Positions 54,835 to 64,000 of a DNA stretch of 64,000 nucleotides are shown piece after piece (position 1 is the first letter of the stretch; each line of letters opens with the position of its first letter). The translations under genes were made by a program, and so were the position numbers. The notes beneath the pieces were generated by a model. That model was not told the DNA's origin, ran no database searches, and was given only the letters and a program-made list of their open reading frames with translations. The DNA is from a virus, in the IMG/VR virus record IMGVR_UViG_3300029705_000062. One strand, 5' to 3'.

Positions 54835-57283
54835 ACCCAGCTTGTGGCATTATTACCATATCCCATACATAATCTATTATATTAACTCTAAAACCTTTTT
54901 CTAAGGACACCTCATAAATAAGCTTTTTAAGATTATCTACATCTCTAAATTTCTTTTTTGCTATTACTTTCCTAGCATAATTCGCATCCCTAAGACTTAA
55001 ACCTATTGCCATAAGAGTTTTCATCATGGCTTCCTGTGTACTAGCAACACCATAATCAACTAATAAATATTCCTCTAGAAGTTGCACTTCATCTTCCAAC
55101 AGTCCATACCCTAACATCTCTTCATACCACTTGGATATATCAGATTTGAATAAAGTAAACTTATCAAGTGGAGTTAATTGTCCTTCTTGTCCCATAAGTC
55201 TCATTAAGCAGTTTGTGGCTGTAGCTTCATACAAGTTTATAGGTTTAGTTTGTTTTATAGCAGATATCCCTACTTGTGTCGAAAACTGAAATAAGTCTAC
55301 TATTTCTCCACTATATGCTTTTTCCCACATAGTTTTATCTAAATATTCTATTTTATCAGGATGAAGATATTCATCATAGTTTGCTTTTAATGAGCCTTTG
55401 TCTTCAATAACACCCTTTTCTATCAACAGTTCTAAACATGTTTGCATTTTGGCTTGAGCTTCTGTCCACAGTATATCAATTTTTAATCCGCTTTGATAGT
55501 CTGAATCTTGCATTGAAAATTGAGTTATTGGAAGACCATTTGACGTTTTCATCATAGCATTACAACTATATATTCCATCATTGAATATATATACTGCCGA
55601 AGCATGACTTGAACGTTTATCAATAAGACCTTCAAACATAAGAGCAGTTTCTTTAAGACCTTCATACTTTGCAACTTCATTTACAAACTCAGTAATAGGT
55701 TTTCTATCCTTTTCATCATTACCATTGAAACATTCATCAAGAGTCCATAAAGCACCTCTCTCTACAGGTATCATTGATGACAGATACATACCTATGTCAT
55801 TATCTATGCCAAGTCCTCTACATGCAGATTGAATAGCTGATTTACTTGAGCAAGTTCCAAATGTAGCACAGTTATATACATTGCCAAATTCTTTTCTAAA
55901 CTCTTCCATTATTTCTTCTTTTTTCAATGGATTGAAGTCGCTGTCAATATCTGGCAATTCTATTCTATCGACCGACAAAAATCTCCACCAAGTATCAAGA
56001 CCATGTTTTATAGGGTCAACACCTGTAATATCCATTAAATAATTTGATAACCAACCGACTGCCGAACCTCTTCCCACACCCACAAGAGAATGTTTCCAAG
56101 CTAGTTCTATCATACGTTGAACAAGTATAAAGTATGAACTAAGTCTTTGTCCCATACCTTCACTTACTAGATAAAGTTGTTCTGCTTCTATATTTAATCT
56201 ACTTAAATATTCATCATTCCAAAGACCTTTTTCTTCTAGTGATTGTAGGCAATATCTTATCCAATAATTATCTTCTTTATGCTCTATATTTAATAACCTA
56301 TCTATATGCTCATACCCTGTATTAAAATACCATTTAACTTTATTTAAGTCAAAGTTACATTTTGGAACTTGTTGAGGTTTATATAAACTATACATTTCAC
56401 ACTTATCTGCAATCCCAACAGAATTTAATCTCATTTGTTCTATTTCATCATCTGTAAATGATATACTAAGATAAGATTTTATTTCATCATATGGCATCAT
56501 GTAAGTTGTCTTATAAAAATCATCAACCTCTCTATCTCCATCCTGTGAATTTAAAAAAGCTTTATGGAATATTTTATCTTCTTTATTTAAGTAATGAACA
56601 TCATTAGCAAATGTCAAAGGCACATTATAGGCTTTAGATAATTTTTTTAAAGTATTGTTATAATACACTTGTTCATCATCATCATTAGGTTGCACTTCAA
56701 AATAAAAGTCATCTCCAAATGCACTTATACAAGAGGTTATAAAGTTGTGCATTTCAAGTTTCACAGGAAGCTCATCTTCATTATCCTCTATAACTTTTCT
56801 CCATATATTAACTTTCTTACCTAAGTAACTTCCAAGACATGCAGTTGTTGCAATTAAATGCCCTTTGTTTTCATTTACTATATTAAAAAATTCATTAAAC
56901 TCTATAGGAACTCTATCCATGTTTTTATAATTATAACTATTTTCCCAAGCTGTTGTAGAAATCTTTCTTAAAATTTCATGTCCTTTTAAATCCTTTGCTA
57001 ATAAAACAAAATGATAATACTCACCTTTATTTTCAAGGTTTGGAGTTAAATAAATTTCCTCTCCTAATATAACTTTAAATCCTTCAGGTAATTTGTTGTT
57101 TTCAATTATTTGATTTATGTGTTTTTCTGCAAAAACATGAGAACTTAAACATGCATGGTCTGTAATTGCAATTCCATTTAAGTTCATTTCTATTGCTTTA
57201 TCTATGGCTTTTTCAACTTTAACAATACTGTCTTTAAGTCTTATATTAGACAAGTCAGTGTGTAAATGTGTAACCGTATACAT
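54835..57283 (-). CDS. dnaE: DNA polymerase III alpha subunit (DnaE-type), exon 1 (PHP + palm)
   Basis: N-terminal PHP motif VTHLHTDLSN..AITDH. The reading frame stops 2 codons after the modelled splice site. Confidence 0.75.
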
Positions 57284-57290
57284 AAACTCC

Positions 57291-57836
57291 CTACTTTCTA
57301 ACCTTTACTGATTTCATTCTTTTTATTGTCCTAAACTCTGCCCTAACCTTATCATTTGTAAGTTTATTATTTTTATCAAGCTTTAGGCATGTTACCACAA
57401 GTCTATCTGCCTGTGTTTCCTCAAATGGTAGAACAACTAAGTATTCTGTTTTTATTGAAAGTGTTCTTTTTACTACATCTCCTATACAAATATTTTTCTG
57501 CATAAGCAACTTTATATAATTAATTTCTCTTGGTAATCTAGCAGTATGAAGTGTTGACACATATTTTTTTACGGTGTCAACATCACTTAATGTAATTTCT
57601 CTAAAAGGTTTCTTACTTCCATTATCAGTTATTGTAAATTTCTTTAAATCAAAAAGAACTTGTCTTGATCCATATGTTTTTACCTCATATTGCTTTTCAA
57701 TGTTTATATATAGATTTAAAGGAGAGTTGTATACTTCTAATACCTCTCCTATTTGCAGGTTTAATAAATCCTTTTTAGTTATTCTATCAACTTTAATAAT
57801 TTGTTTTTCTTTTATTTTATTTATTCTATTTACCAA
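57291..57836 (-). CDS. Hypothetical protein
   Basis: 181-aa ORF that ends 7 nt upstream of the dnaE start. Confidence 0.5.
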   Translation of the reverse strand: MVNRINKIKEKQIIKVDRITKKDLLNLQIGEVLEVYNSPLNLYINIEKQYEVKTYGSRQVLFDLKKFTITDNGSKKPFREITLSDVDTVKKYVSTLHTARLPREINYIKLLMQKNICIGDVVKRTLSIKTEYLVVLPFEETQADRLVVTCLKLDKNNKLTNDKVRAEFRTIKRMKSVKVRK

Positions 57837-57879
57837 ACAATCACCTACTCTACGATTTTATTTAAATATTAAAATAAAA

Positions 57880-58047
57880 TTATATTAATGATATTAAAGT
57901 CATTGAATTTAAAAGTAAAGTTAAAATAAATACAATAACAAAAACTTTCCATAGTTTACTTTCAAATAAATCTGATAAGAATGTAATTATAAATACACCT
58001 AATGAAATATTAAATAAAATCACTCCTACTGATAAAAATATTTCCAA
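57880..58047 (-). CDS. Possible small 2-TM membrane protein (55 aa, TTG start)
   Basis: RBS gaaggtg. Encodes EIFLSVGVILFNISLGVFIITFLSDLFESKLWKVFVIVFILTLLLNSMTLISLI. Confidence 0.3.
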   Translation of the reverse strand: MEIFLSVGVILFNISLGVFIITFLSDLFESKLWKVFVIVFILTLLLNSMTLISLI

Positions 58048-58342
58048 AAAAACACCTTCTTTGTTTTATTAAATTTTTTTAATTAATATACATTATACCA
58101 TAAATTGCCAATTAGTTTTAATTATATGTTTTTATTAGTTGTATTTTTTAAAAATTTAATATAATATATGATTAAAAATAAAGGAAGGTGAAACAGATTA
58201 ATAAAAAAAATGTAACAACTGTAAAAATCTGCGACAATCAGTGTATATGAAATTGGAGGATGAAAATTGTGATAAACATCTAAATAACATAATGGATAAG
58301 TTAAAAGTCATTAAAATAAAATTAAAAGAATAGGTGTAAATT

Positions 58343-58522
58343 ATGATAAATATTGAATTACTTAAAAAATGTAAGATGTGTAATAATATGTCTAAAATAG
58401 AAAAGGTATATGTTGACGATAAAACAAGTGAAGAGGAGTTTTTAATTAAAGAGTATGTATGTACTGAATGTGGTTATGTGATTACTGATAAAGAGTATAT
58501 AAATTATATATTAGTTAGATAA
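58343..58522 (+). CDS. Small zinc-ribbon protein (59 aa) on the opposite strand
   Basis: RBS taggtg. Encodes ..KKCKMCNN..YVCTECGYV.. Confidence 0.4.
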   Translation: MINIELLKKCKMCNNMSKIEKVYVDDKTSEEEFLIKEYVCTECGYVITDKEYINYILVR

Positions 58523-58554
58523 ATCAATATTTATAAGAGAAAATAAAAAGGAAC

Positions 58555-58592
58555 AATAAGTAACCTACACATAGCAACATAGGTTACTTATT
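58555..58592. terminator. 13-bp-stem hairpin between convergent small genes
   Basis: aataagtaaccta-(12 nt)-taggttacttatt. The T-run is on the minus-strand side. Confidence 0.5.
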
Positions 58593-58676
58593 ATTATGAG
58601 TTATATATAATAATAAGGGCAAATTAACAGTCTACATTTTAATTATATTAATATAATTGATTTTGTCAATGTATAT

Positions 58677-58844
58677 TTAAGAAAGATTTTCCTCATCATC
58701 CATAGGTAAATATCCTTCCCATGTAGCTCCACATTGACTACAAGTATGAACTGATACTATACCTTCTCCATCCAACATAAAATCTTCAAATGAGTAGTCA
58801 CAACCCCAAATTAAATTTCCATCTCCACAAAAAAAACAATTCAT
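58677..58844 (-). CDS. Small zinc-ribbon protein (55 aa)
   Basis: RBS aggaggt. Encodes MNCFFCGDGNLIWGCDYSFEDFMLDGEGIVSVHTCSQCGATWEG.. Confidence 0.5.
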   Translation of the reverse strand: MNCFFCGDGNLIWGCDYSFEDFMLDGEGIVSVHTCSQCGATWEGYLPMDDEENLS

Positions 58845-58863
58845 AAAATTACCTCCTAAAAGC

Positions 58864-59649
58864 TTAATTAATTATCTCAAACCAAACTCTTCCTATATTT
58901 GTCCAATCCTTAGAATAAATAGCTTTTAAATTTACACCTTTTAAACTAGCTATTTTAATTATTTCATCAATGAAGTTATCTACAGTAATATCTTCAATAG
59001 AGTTTATGTTACTATAATGCTTTGATATAAAATCTAATCTCTTCCACCTTCTATGACCTAGTTCTCCAAGTGTCATAACTAAACCATTTTCAGCTAACTT
59101 TAAAGCATCTTCTAAATATGTTATTGTTGCTCCAAAAGAATCTAAATCAACTATAGAAAATTTTTTATTTTCTTTAATCATTAATTTTAATAATTTATTT
59201 GCACTTAAGTTATACTCACATTGAATTTCTTTATTTATATCATTGTTGGTTGAGTTATATCCTCTTTTTGAATAAAACATTTCATATCCACAAAAAACAT
59301 CTAATACATTATCTATAGTATATTTACTTGACATATACTCTAAATATAAATCATTAGTTTGATATTTATCATCTCTATGCTTATCATTATATATATTGTA
59401 TTTTTTCTTTAATCGTTTCATCTTAGTTCTAGTTGCTTGTTCTTCCCTACCTATGCTATAAGCTATCTCACTATACTTATATCCTTGAGTAAACAAATTC
59501 CAACACCAAGACTCTTCATCCTCTGTCCACTTAGTAGCTATAGTCCCATTATATTTAACAAAAAATTTAACTCCACTTTTAAATTCTTCAGGCATTAAAG
59601 GAACTTTATACTCTTGATTTTTCTTCATTTGTTGAAACTTCCTTTCCAT
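58864..59649 (-). CDS. Putative SAM-dependent methyltransferase (Trm1-like fold) with an N-terminal Myb/SANT-like domain
   Basis: ..NVLDVFCGYEMFYS.. and ..FSIVDLDSFGA.. The start is possibly ATG 59628. Confidence 0.35.
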   Translation of the reverse strand: MERKFQQMKKNQEYKVPLMPEEFKSGVKFFVKYNGTIATKWTEDEESWCWNLFTQGYKYSEIAYSIGREEQATRTKMKRLKKKYNIYNDKHRDDKYQTNDLYLEYMSSKYTIDNVLDVFCGYEMFYSKRGYNSTNNDINKEIQCEYNLSANKLLKLMIKENKKFSIVDLDSFGATITYLEDALKLAENGLVMTLGELGHRRWKRLDFISKHYSNINSIEDITVDNFIDEIIKIASLKGVNLKAIYSKDWTNIGRVWFEIIN

Positions 59650-59794
59650 TATTTAAAGTGGATTTAAATTTTTTTAATTGTTTTTCTAAATTATTTTCAA
59701 TAGTTTTATTATCTTTACAAATCTTCTCGTATCTTCCTTGTTTATCCATTTTGACAACCCTGCAATATTTGTAATGAACCATATCTCTTCCCAT
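59606..59794 (-). CDS. Small hypothetical protein
   Basis: RBS gggga. 62-aa basic protein. Confidence 0.4.
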   Translation of the reverse strand: MGRDMVHYKYCRVVKMDKQGRYEKICKDNKTIENNLEKQLKKFKSTLNNGKEVSTNEEKSRV

Positions 59795-59806
59795 TTAATT
59801 TATCCC

Positions 59807-61492
59807 CTAAAAAATTAATTCTGTGTCAACACTACTTTTATAATCAACAATTTCAACCTTTGTTCCGTACTTATCTTTTTTAAATTTACATATTATATCA
59901 ATAGATAAATTAGACTCCCCAAAACCTATTTCTTCTCTGCAAGTAAATTCATCTATGAAACTAGAAGGAGCAAAGTTCTTTACATAGAAGATATTGTTTT
60001 TAGTAAATCCAACCATATTAAAGCCTATTTTTCTTACATCCTTTGAATTTATTTTTATATTTTTTACAACGAATAATGGCTCATTTATTCCATTTCCCCA
60101 AAGGTGTTTAAAATCTCCTACGGTTTCAATTGTTTGCTTATTTAAATCTTTGCAATCAAATATATAATCAACTTCATAAGATAAGTTATATTCAACATCC
60201 TTAAACTTTTCATTAAATATATCAACAACTTTATCTATATTATCAGGACTTATTTCAACCCCAAAGCTCTCTTGGTGTCCTGCACATAAAGAGAACAATC
60301 CTGTTTCTATACAAATATCCTTTAAATTTGAAACTCCATAACTTCTAGAACTTCCTGCACATAAACCTTCACTAAGTTTATGAACTAACATAACAGGTCT
60401 TTTAAATGTTGAAGCAACCTTATTTGCAACAAGTCCTGTAATACCTTTATCAACTTTATTTGTTATATCTATGATAAGTACCTTATTGTCTTCAAGTTCG
60501 TTTTCAATTATTTGTTTATTTATATATTCCATAGCTTTATTTGTTGCTGTACGTTGTCTAGATTTAGCATTGTTACCTAATCTTATAACTGCATCTGCTA
60601 ATGATTGTTGAGTTTCTGCTTTTCCTCTAGGTTTATATGTAACTAGATATTCCTCTCCTGATAAGCAATCAAACATCATTTTCTTTTCCTCTGCTGTACC
60701 AACTCTAATAATAGCATTCATAAGAGGTGCGATTTTAAATCCTACATCTAAGATAGTTGGATCATCTAATTCCTCTTTTTTAAATAATGCTTTAAAGAAT
60801 GGATTTTGTATATTTTTTAGACCTTTACTACATAACATTCTTGTTTCTAAATTCCTTAAATCCATAACATCTCCTATATTCCCAACAGCAACTAGGTCTA
60901 GGAACTTATCACAAAAGCCTGTTATACCTAATCTATTATCAAGAGCTTGACAGAATTTATATACTATCCCTACTCCTGATAAATCCTTATTTAAAAAGTC
61001 TTTTGAAGATTGATTATTAACTATTATCGCAGGACTACTACCCTCTACTTCATGATGGTCTAGTATTATTAAATCTATTCCACTAGAGATTAATGTTTCA
61101 TGTGTAACACCTTCTGAACTTGAAGCATCAGGTATTATAATTAGTTGAGGATTAACTTCTTCTATGTACCTTATTGCATCAGGTGTTATACCATGTTGCT
61201 TACCACTATGTATATGTATTATTGGCTCAAGATTTATTTCTCTCATATAGTTACATAGTAGAGCAGAGCTAGTGTATCCATCAGTATCTGAGTCAACTAT
61301 AACCAATATCTTAGAACCTTGTTTAGCATGTTTTATAAATGTATCAACAGCTTTATCCATATTATCCAGTAGGCTATAGTGTGTTTCAGAAACAACAGGA
61401 TTTAAAAATAGATGCACATTTTCTATGTTTCTATTAACAAGAACAGTTTCAACAACTTGTCCTTGCATTTGATTTTTTAAATTGTATTTCAT
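59807..61492 (-). CDS. RecJ-like DHH-family ssDNA exonuclease
   Basis: ..VIVDSDTDGYTSSALL.., ..IILDHHE.. and ..CAGHQESFG (DHHA1-like). Confidence 0.65.
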   Translation of the reverse strand: MKYNLKNQMQGQVVETVLVNRNIENVHLFLNPVVSETHYSLLDNMDKAVDTFIKHAKQGSKILVIVDSDTDGYTSSALLCNYMREINLEPIIHIHSGKQHGITPDAIRYIEEVNPQLIIIPDASSSEGVTHETLISSGIDLIILDHHEVEGSSPAIIVNNQSSKDFLNKDLSGVGIVYKFCQALDNRLGITGFCDKFLDLVAVGNIGDVMDLRNLETRMLCSKGLKNIQNPFFKALFKKEELDDPTILDVGFKIAPLMNAIIRVGTAEEKKMMFDCLSGEEYLVTYKPRGKAETQQSLADAVIRLGNNAKSRQRTATNKAMEYINKQIIENELEDNKVLIIDITNKVDKGITGLVANKVASTFKRPVMLVHKLSEGLCAGSSRSYGVSNLKDICIETGLFSLCAGHQESFGVEISPDNIDKVVDIFNEKFKDVEYNLSYEVDYIFDCKDLNKQTIETVGDFKHLWGNGINEPLFVVKNIKINSKDVRKIGFNMVGFTKNNIFYVKNFAPSSFIDEFTCREEIGFGESNLSIDIICKFKKDKYGTKVEIVDYKSSVDTELIF

Positions 61493-61517
61493 ATTTTCTC
61501 CTTGATTGTAAATATAT

Positions 61518-61772
61518 CTATATTATCCTTTGAATTTCATCAAAGTTTTGACCATAACTTATACCAATTATTTTTATATTAGGATTAGATTTTAAAGTTA
61601 AATCATGGTTATATGCTTGTTTATAATAATTTAGTTTTTCTATTATATTGCAACGAGGATTTATAATAAATTCATCCCCTTCTCCAACTCCTCTAATTCG
61701 TACTCCTACATAATTACAATTACATCTATAAGCAGATAAAAATATATCTTCTAACATTTTTAAATTATACAT
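61518..61772 (-). CDS. Hypothetical protein
   Basis: RBS aggggg. 84 aa. Confidence 0.45.
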   Translation of the reverse strand: MYNLKMLEDIFLSAYRCNCNYVGVRIRGVGEGDEFIINPRCNIIEKLNYYKQAYNHDLTLKSNPNIKIIGISYGQNFDEIQRII

Positions 61773-61798
61773 ATATACCCCCTAAATTTTTATTTTAA

Positions 61799-61975
61799 TT
61801 ATAAGTGATATTCATTTTCCACATATATTATGGTTGAATATGTCATATTCTCATCTGACCAAGTATTTACACTAACTACAGTTATATGTTTCCTACTTTC
61901 TATCCAATGTTTTATTTTACTTTGCACTTTCTCTGCTTTATTACTATTTATATTTTTAACTTTATATTTAACCAT
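61799..61975 (-). CDS. Small hypothetical protein (58 aa)
   Basis: RBS aaggagg. Encodes MVKYKVKNINSNKAEKVQSKIKHWIESRKHITVVSVNTWSDENMTYSTIIYVENEYHL. Confidence 0.45.
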   Translation of the reverse strand: MVKYKVKNINSNKAEKVQSKIKHWIESRKHITVVSVNTWSDENMTYSTIIYVENEYHL

Positions 61976-61998
61976 ATTTCCTCCTTAAAAATTTTACT

Positions 61999-62838
61999 TT
62001 AATTAATATTAGGAATTTTCTTTTTTAATAAATCTATTATGTGATACTGTTTAATCCTACACATAGCTGTTGAATTTAACTCCCTTTTCCAATTTGTATT
62101 AATTAAAATATTTATAATATCATCTTTTAATTCTTCATTATGGATTTTTATTTTATATTCTCCACTGTATGTTTCATCATCAGATAATATTTTTCCTGCT
62201 GTGGCATCTCCCCAGTAACACATTCTAATATCATATTCAAAATCTTTATACCTTTTACTATCTTGTCTTATTATCTCAACATCTTTTAATTTATTTATTT
62301 TCTTTTTATTTAGTCCATTATTTGGTCTAACATATACGTTTAGACAACAATGAACTTTCCTTTCTCCACTGAATGTAAGCTCTCCTAAATCTTCTGAATA
62401 TAATAAATTAAATTGATAAAAGGTTTGAGTGTTATTTAACTGACTAATAGGAAGTATGAATACTATATAATCTCCTATTTCTATTGATTTTTTAAAAAAT
62501 TTATTAGCTAAACTTAATCTATTTCCATATGGAGGATTGCCAATTACACATCTACCTCTAACATACTCTAATGGATACTCTAAGAAATCTGCTTTTATAA
62601 TATCTTCTCCATCAGGTTCTATATCTATGGCAATAACATCTAGTCCACTTGTAGCGAGATAATTACTAAAAACTCCTGCTCCTGCACTTGGCTCAAGAAA
62701 TTCAGATATACTATATCCATTGTCCTTTAATATATCCCATGCTTTATTAACACAGTATTCCATATCATCATAAGAAGTATAGTATTTATCTAGATTTAAT
62801 TTATTGCTATTTTTACTTTCTATATATTTAAATTTCAT
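61999..62838 (-). CDS. N6-adenine DNA methyltransferase (gamma-class, NPPY)
   Basis: ATG at 62838 follows agaggtgg. Motif I FLEPSAGAGVF and motif IV VIGNPPYG. Confidence 0.7.
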   Translation of the reverse strand: MKFKYIESKNSNKLNLDKYYTSYDDMEYCVNKAWDILKDNGYSISEFLEPSAGAGVFSNYLATSGLDVIAIDIEPDGEDIIKADFLEYPLEYVRGRCVIGNPPYGNRLSLANKFFKKSIEIGDYIVFILPISQLNNTQTFYQFNLLYSEDLGELTFSGERKVHCCLNVYVRPNNGLNKKKINKLKDVEIIRQDSKRYKDFEYDIRMCYWGDATAGKILSDDETYSGEYKIKIHNEELKDDIINILINTNWKRELNSTAMCRIKQYHIIDLLKKKIPNIN

Positions 62839-63544
62839 TTTCCACCTCTTGTGATGTAGATAAATATTCGTTTTCAATTCTTTGCTTGGCTATATTGAAA
62901 TAATTTTCATCAACTTCACTGCCAACAAATCGTCTATTTAATTGTTTACAAGCTAATGCAACAGCACCTACTCCAAAGAAAGGGTCTCCAACAACATCTC
63001 CTTCTTGGCTACTGTTTTCAATGAGTATTTTCATAAGCTCAATAGGTTTCTCTGTATCGTGGATATTTTTTCCGTCTACACCCTTTGTTTTCTTATTTGG
63101 AACACTTAATATGTCAGGAGTTCCACATTTATTAATTCTTTTACCTTTACCTTTTCTAAAGAATAATATATATTCAAATTGTGACATATAGTATTGTCCC
63201 ATTATTTTATTACCTTTATCCCAAACTAAAGATTTTATAAAGTGGAAACCACATTCCTTAGCTACATTAAGCATTTCTATTAGATTAACATGATTTGTCA
63301 TTATATAACAATGTGAACCGTCTTTTAATACTCTATATAATTCAGGTATAAAATCCGATATTTTAACATCATTATATTTAAATACTTTCCCTTGCATATT
63401 AATTTTCTTTAGCAACATACCACCTGTATTACCTGTATTTCCTCTTGATGTAACTTTGTATGGAGGGTCTGTAATTATAAGGTCTAAACTGTTGTCAGGT
63501 ATTGTTGAAAAAACTATTCTAAAATCTTCATTAAATATATTCAA
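62828..63544 (-). CDS. DNA methyltransferase (beta-class, DPPY)
   Basis: IITDPPYKV near the N-terminus and DPFFGVGAVALA near the C-terminus. Confidence 0.75.
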   Translation of the reverse strand: MNIFNEDFRIVFSTIPDNSLDLIITDPPYKVTSRGNTGNTGGMLLKKINMQGKVFKYNDVKISDFIPELYRVLKDGSHCYIMTNHVNLIEMLNVAKECGFHFIKSLVWDKGNKIMGQYYMSQFEYILFFRKGKGKRINKCGTPDILSVPNKKTKGVDGKNIHDTEKPIELMKILIENSSQEGDVVGDPFFGVGAVALACKQLNRRFVGSEVDENYFNIAKQRIENEYLSTSQEVENEI

Positions 63545-63545
63545 A

Positions 63546-63731
63546 TTAATTACCCCTCTTAAAATTATTTATTCCATTCTTGAAGATAGCATTATTTCTC
63601 TTGCATAGTTCTACTATTTCATTTTCCATTTTATTTAAAATGACTAATCCTTCTTCCCTATCTATACTTTCTTTAAATTCAATTTCAAATTTAAAATTAA
63701 TTCCAATAACATTTTTTTCTAACATATACAT
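63546..63731 (-). CDS. Small hypothetical protein
   Basis: 61-aa ORF that ends 1 nt upstream of the MTase start (63544). Confidence 0.4.
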   Translation of the reverse strand: MYMLEKNVIGINFKFEIEFKESIDREEGLVILNKMENEIVELCKRNNAIFKNGINNFKRGN

Positions 63732-64000
63732 CCCTCACTTAAATCTAAAATATATTCTCTAGCTTGTAAAAGTCTTTCAAAGGTTTCTTTCCCTTTGTCT
63801 GTAGGAGCATCTTTGTATTCTAATAAACCATTTTCAATATCATCCCATATTACACTAACCCTACAAAAAGGCAAGAGATGTTTTAATGATTTATAGATTT
63901 TCTTTCTCCATAGATTTTTTTCTTCTAAGGTTTTATATTGCTTATCAAAAGCAATAACAACTTCCTCTACTCCAAGTTCAATTAACATCCTAGCATGAGC
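63719..64000 (-). CDS. C-terminal part of a Toprim/DnaG-like primase; N-terminus lies beyond the window
   Basis: The frame stays open to the window edge (..AHARMLIELGVEEVVIAFDKQ..EYKDAPTDKGKETFERLLQ). Confidence 0.5.
   Translation of the reverse strand, partial: AHARMLIELGVEEVVIAFDKQYKTLEEKNLWRKKIYKSLKHLLPFCRVSVIWDDIENGLLEYKDAPTDKGKETFERLLQAREYILDLSEGCIC

Noticed and set aside
58634-58669. Promoter-like TTGACA-16 nt-TATAAT on the minus strand, overlapping the 18-bp palindrome aattatattaatataatt (58641-58) and pointing at hairpin 58555-92; a possible ~90-nt sRNA
   Set aside because: Such hexamers arise easily in DNA this AT-rich. The hairpin is explained as a terminator for the convergent small genes. 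There is no independent support.
1-64000. tRNA/rRNA genes, integrase or att sites
   Set aside because: No cloverleaf-like or rRNA-like sequence and no recombinase motifs were recognised by eye. A tRNAscan or HMM run would be needed for certainty.

Overview
AT-rich, Clostridium-like tailed-phage DNA, probably a phage-plasmid. All functions below were called by eye from motifs. No database search was run, and small-ORF starts and splice junctions are models.

Layout:
- 1-31.9 kb (+ strand): late module. It holds a tape measure (TMP) gene split by two group I introns, Dit/Tal-like tail-tip proteins, a 1,502-aa modular fibre, and Ig-like and phosphodiester-glycosidase tail proteins. It also holds a collagen-like protein, three further fibre genes that each have their own terminator, and a glycine-rich protein. 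The cassette described under 'Top finding' follows. After it come an amidase endolysin, a plasmid-type Rep gene with a structured leader and repeats, and two holin-like genes.
- 31.9-43.1 kb and 45.2-64 kb (- strand): nucleotide metabolism and replication. Genes are RecU, a guanylate-kinase-like protein, a ParB-like protein, NrdD/NrdG, FolD, Dam, a Sak4-like ATPase, ThyX, dUTPase, a RecD-like helicase, DnaE, a RecJ-like protein, a primase fragment, several DNA methyltransferases and many small Zn-ribbon ORFs.
- 43.3-45.1 kb (+ strand): ParM/ParR partition genes.

Four group I introns are present: two in the TMP gene, one in the ATPase Walker A motif and one in dnaE. They carry three different homing-endonuclease families.

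Top finding: a hairpin-bracketed cassette (25.1-28.7 kb) between the fibre genes and the endolysin. It encodes a protein with 33 Cys in CXXX repeats plus a radical SAM/SPASM maturase.
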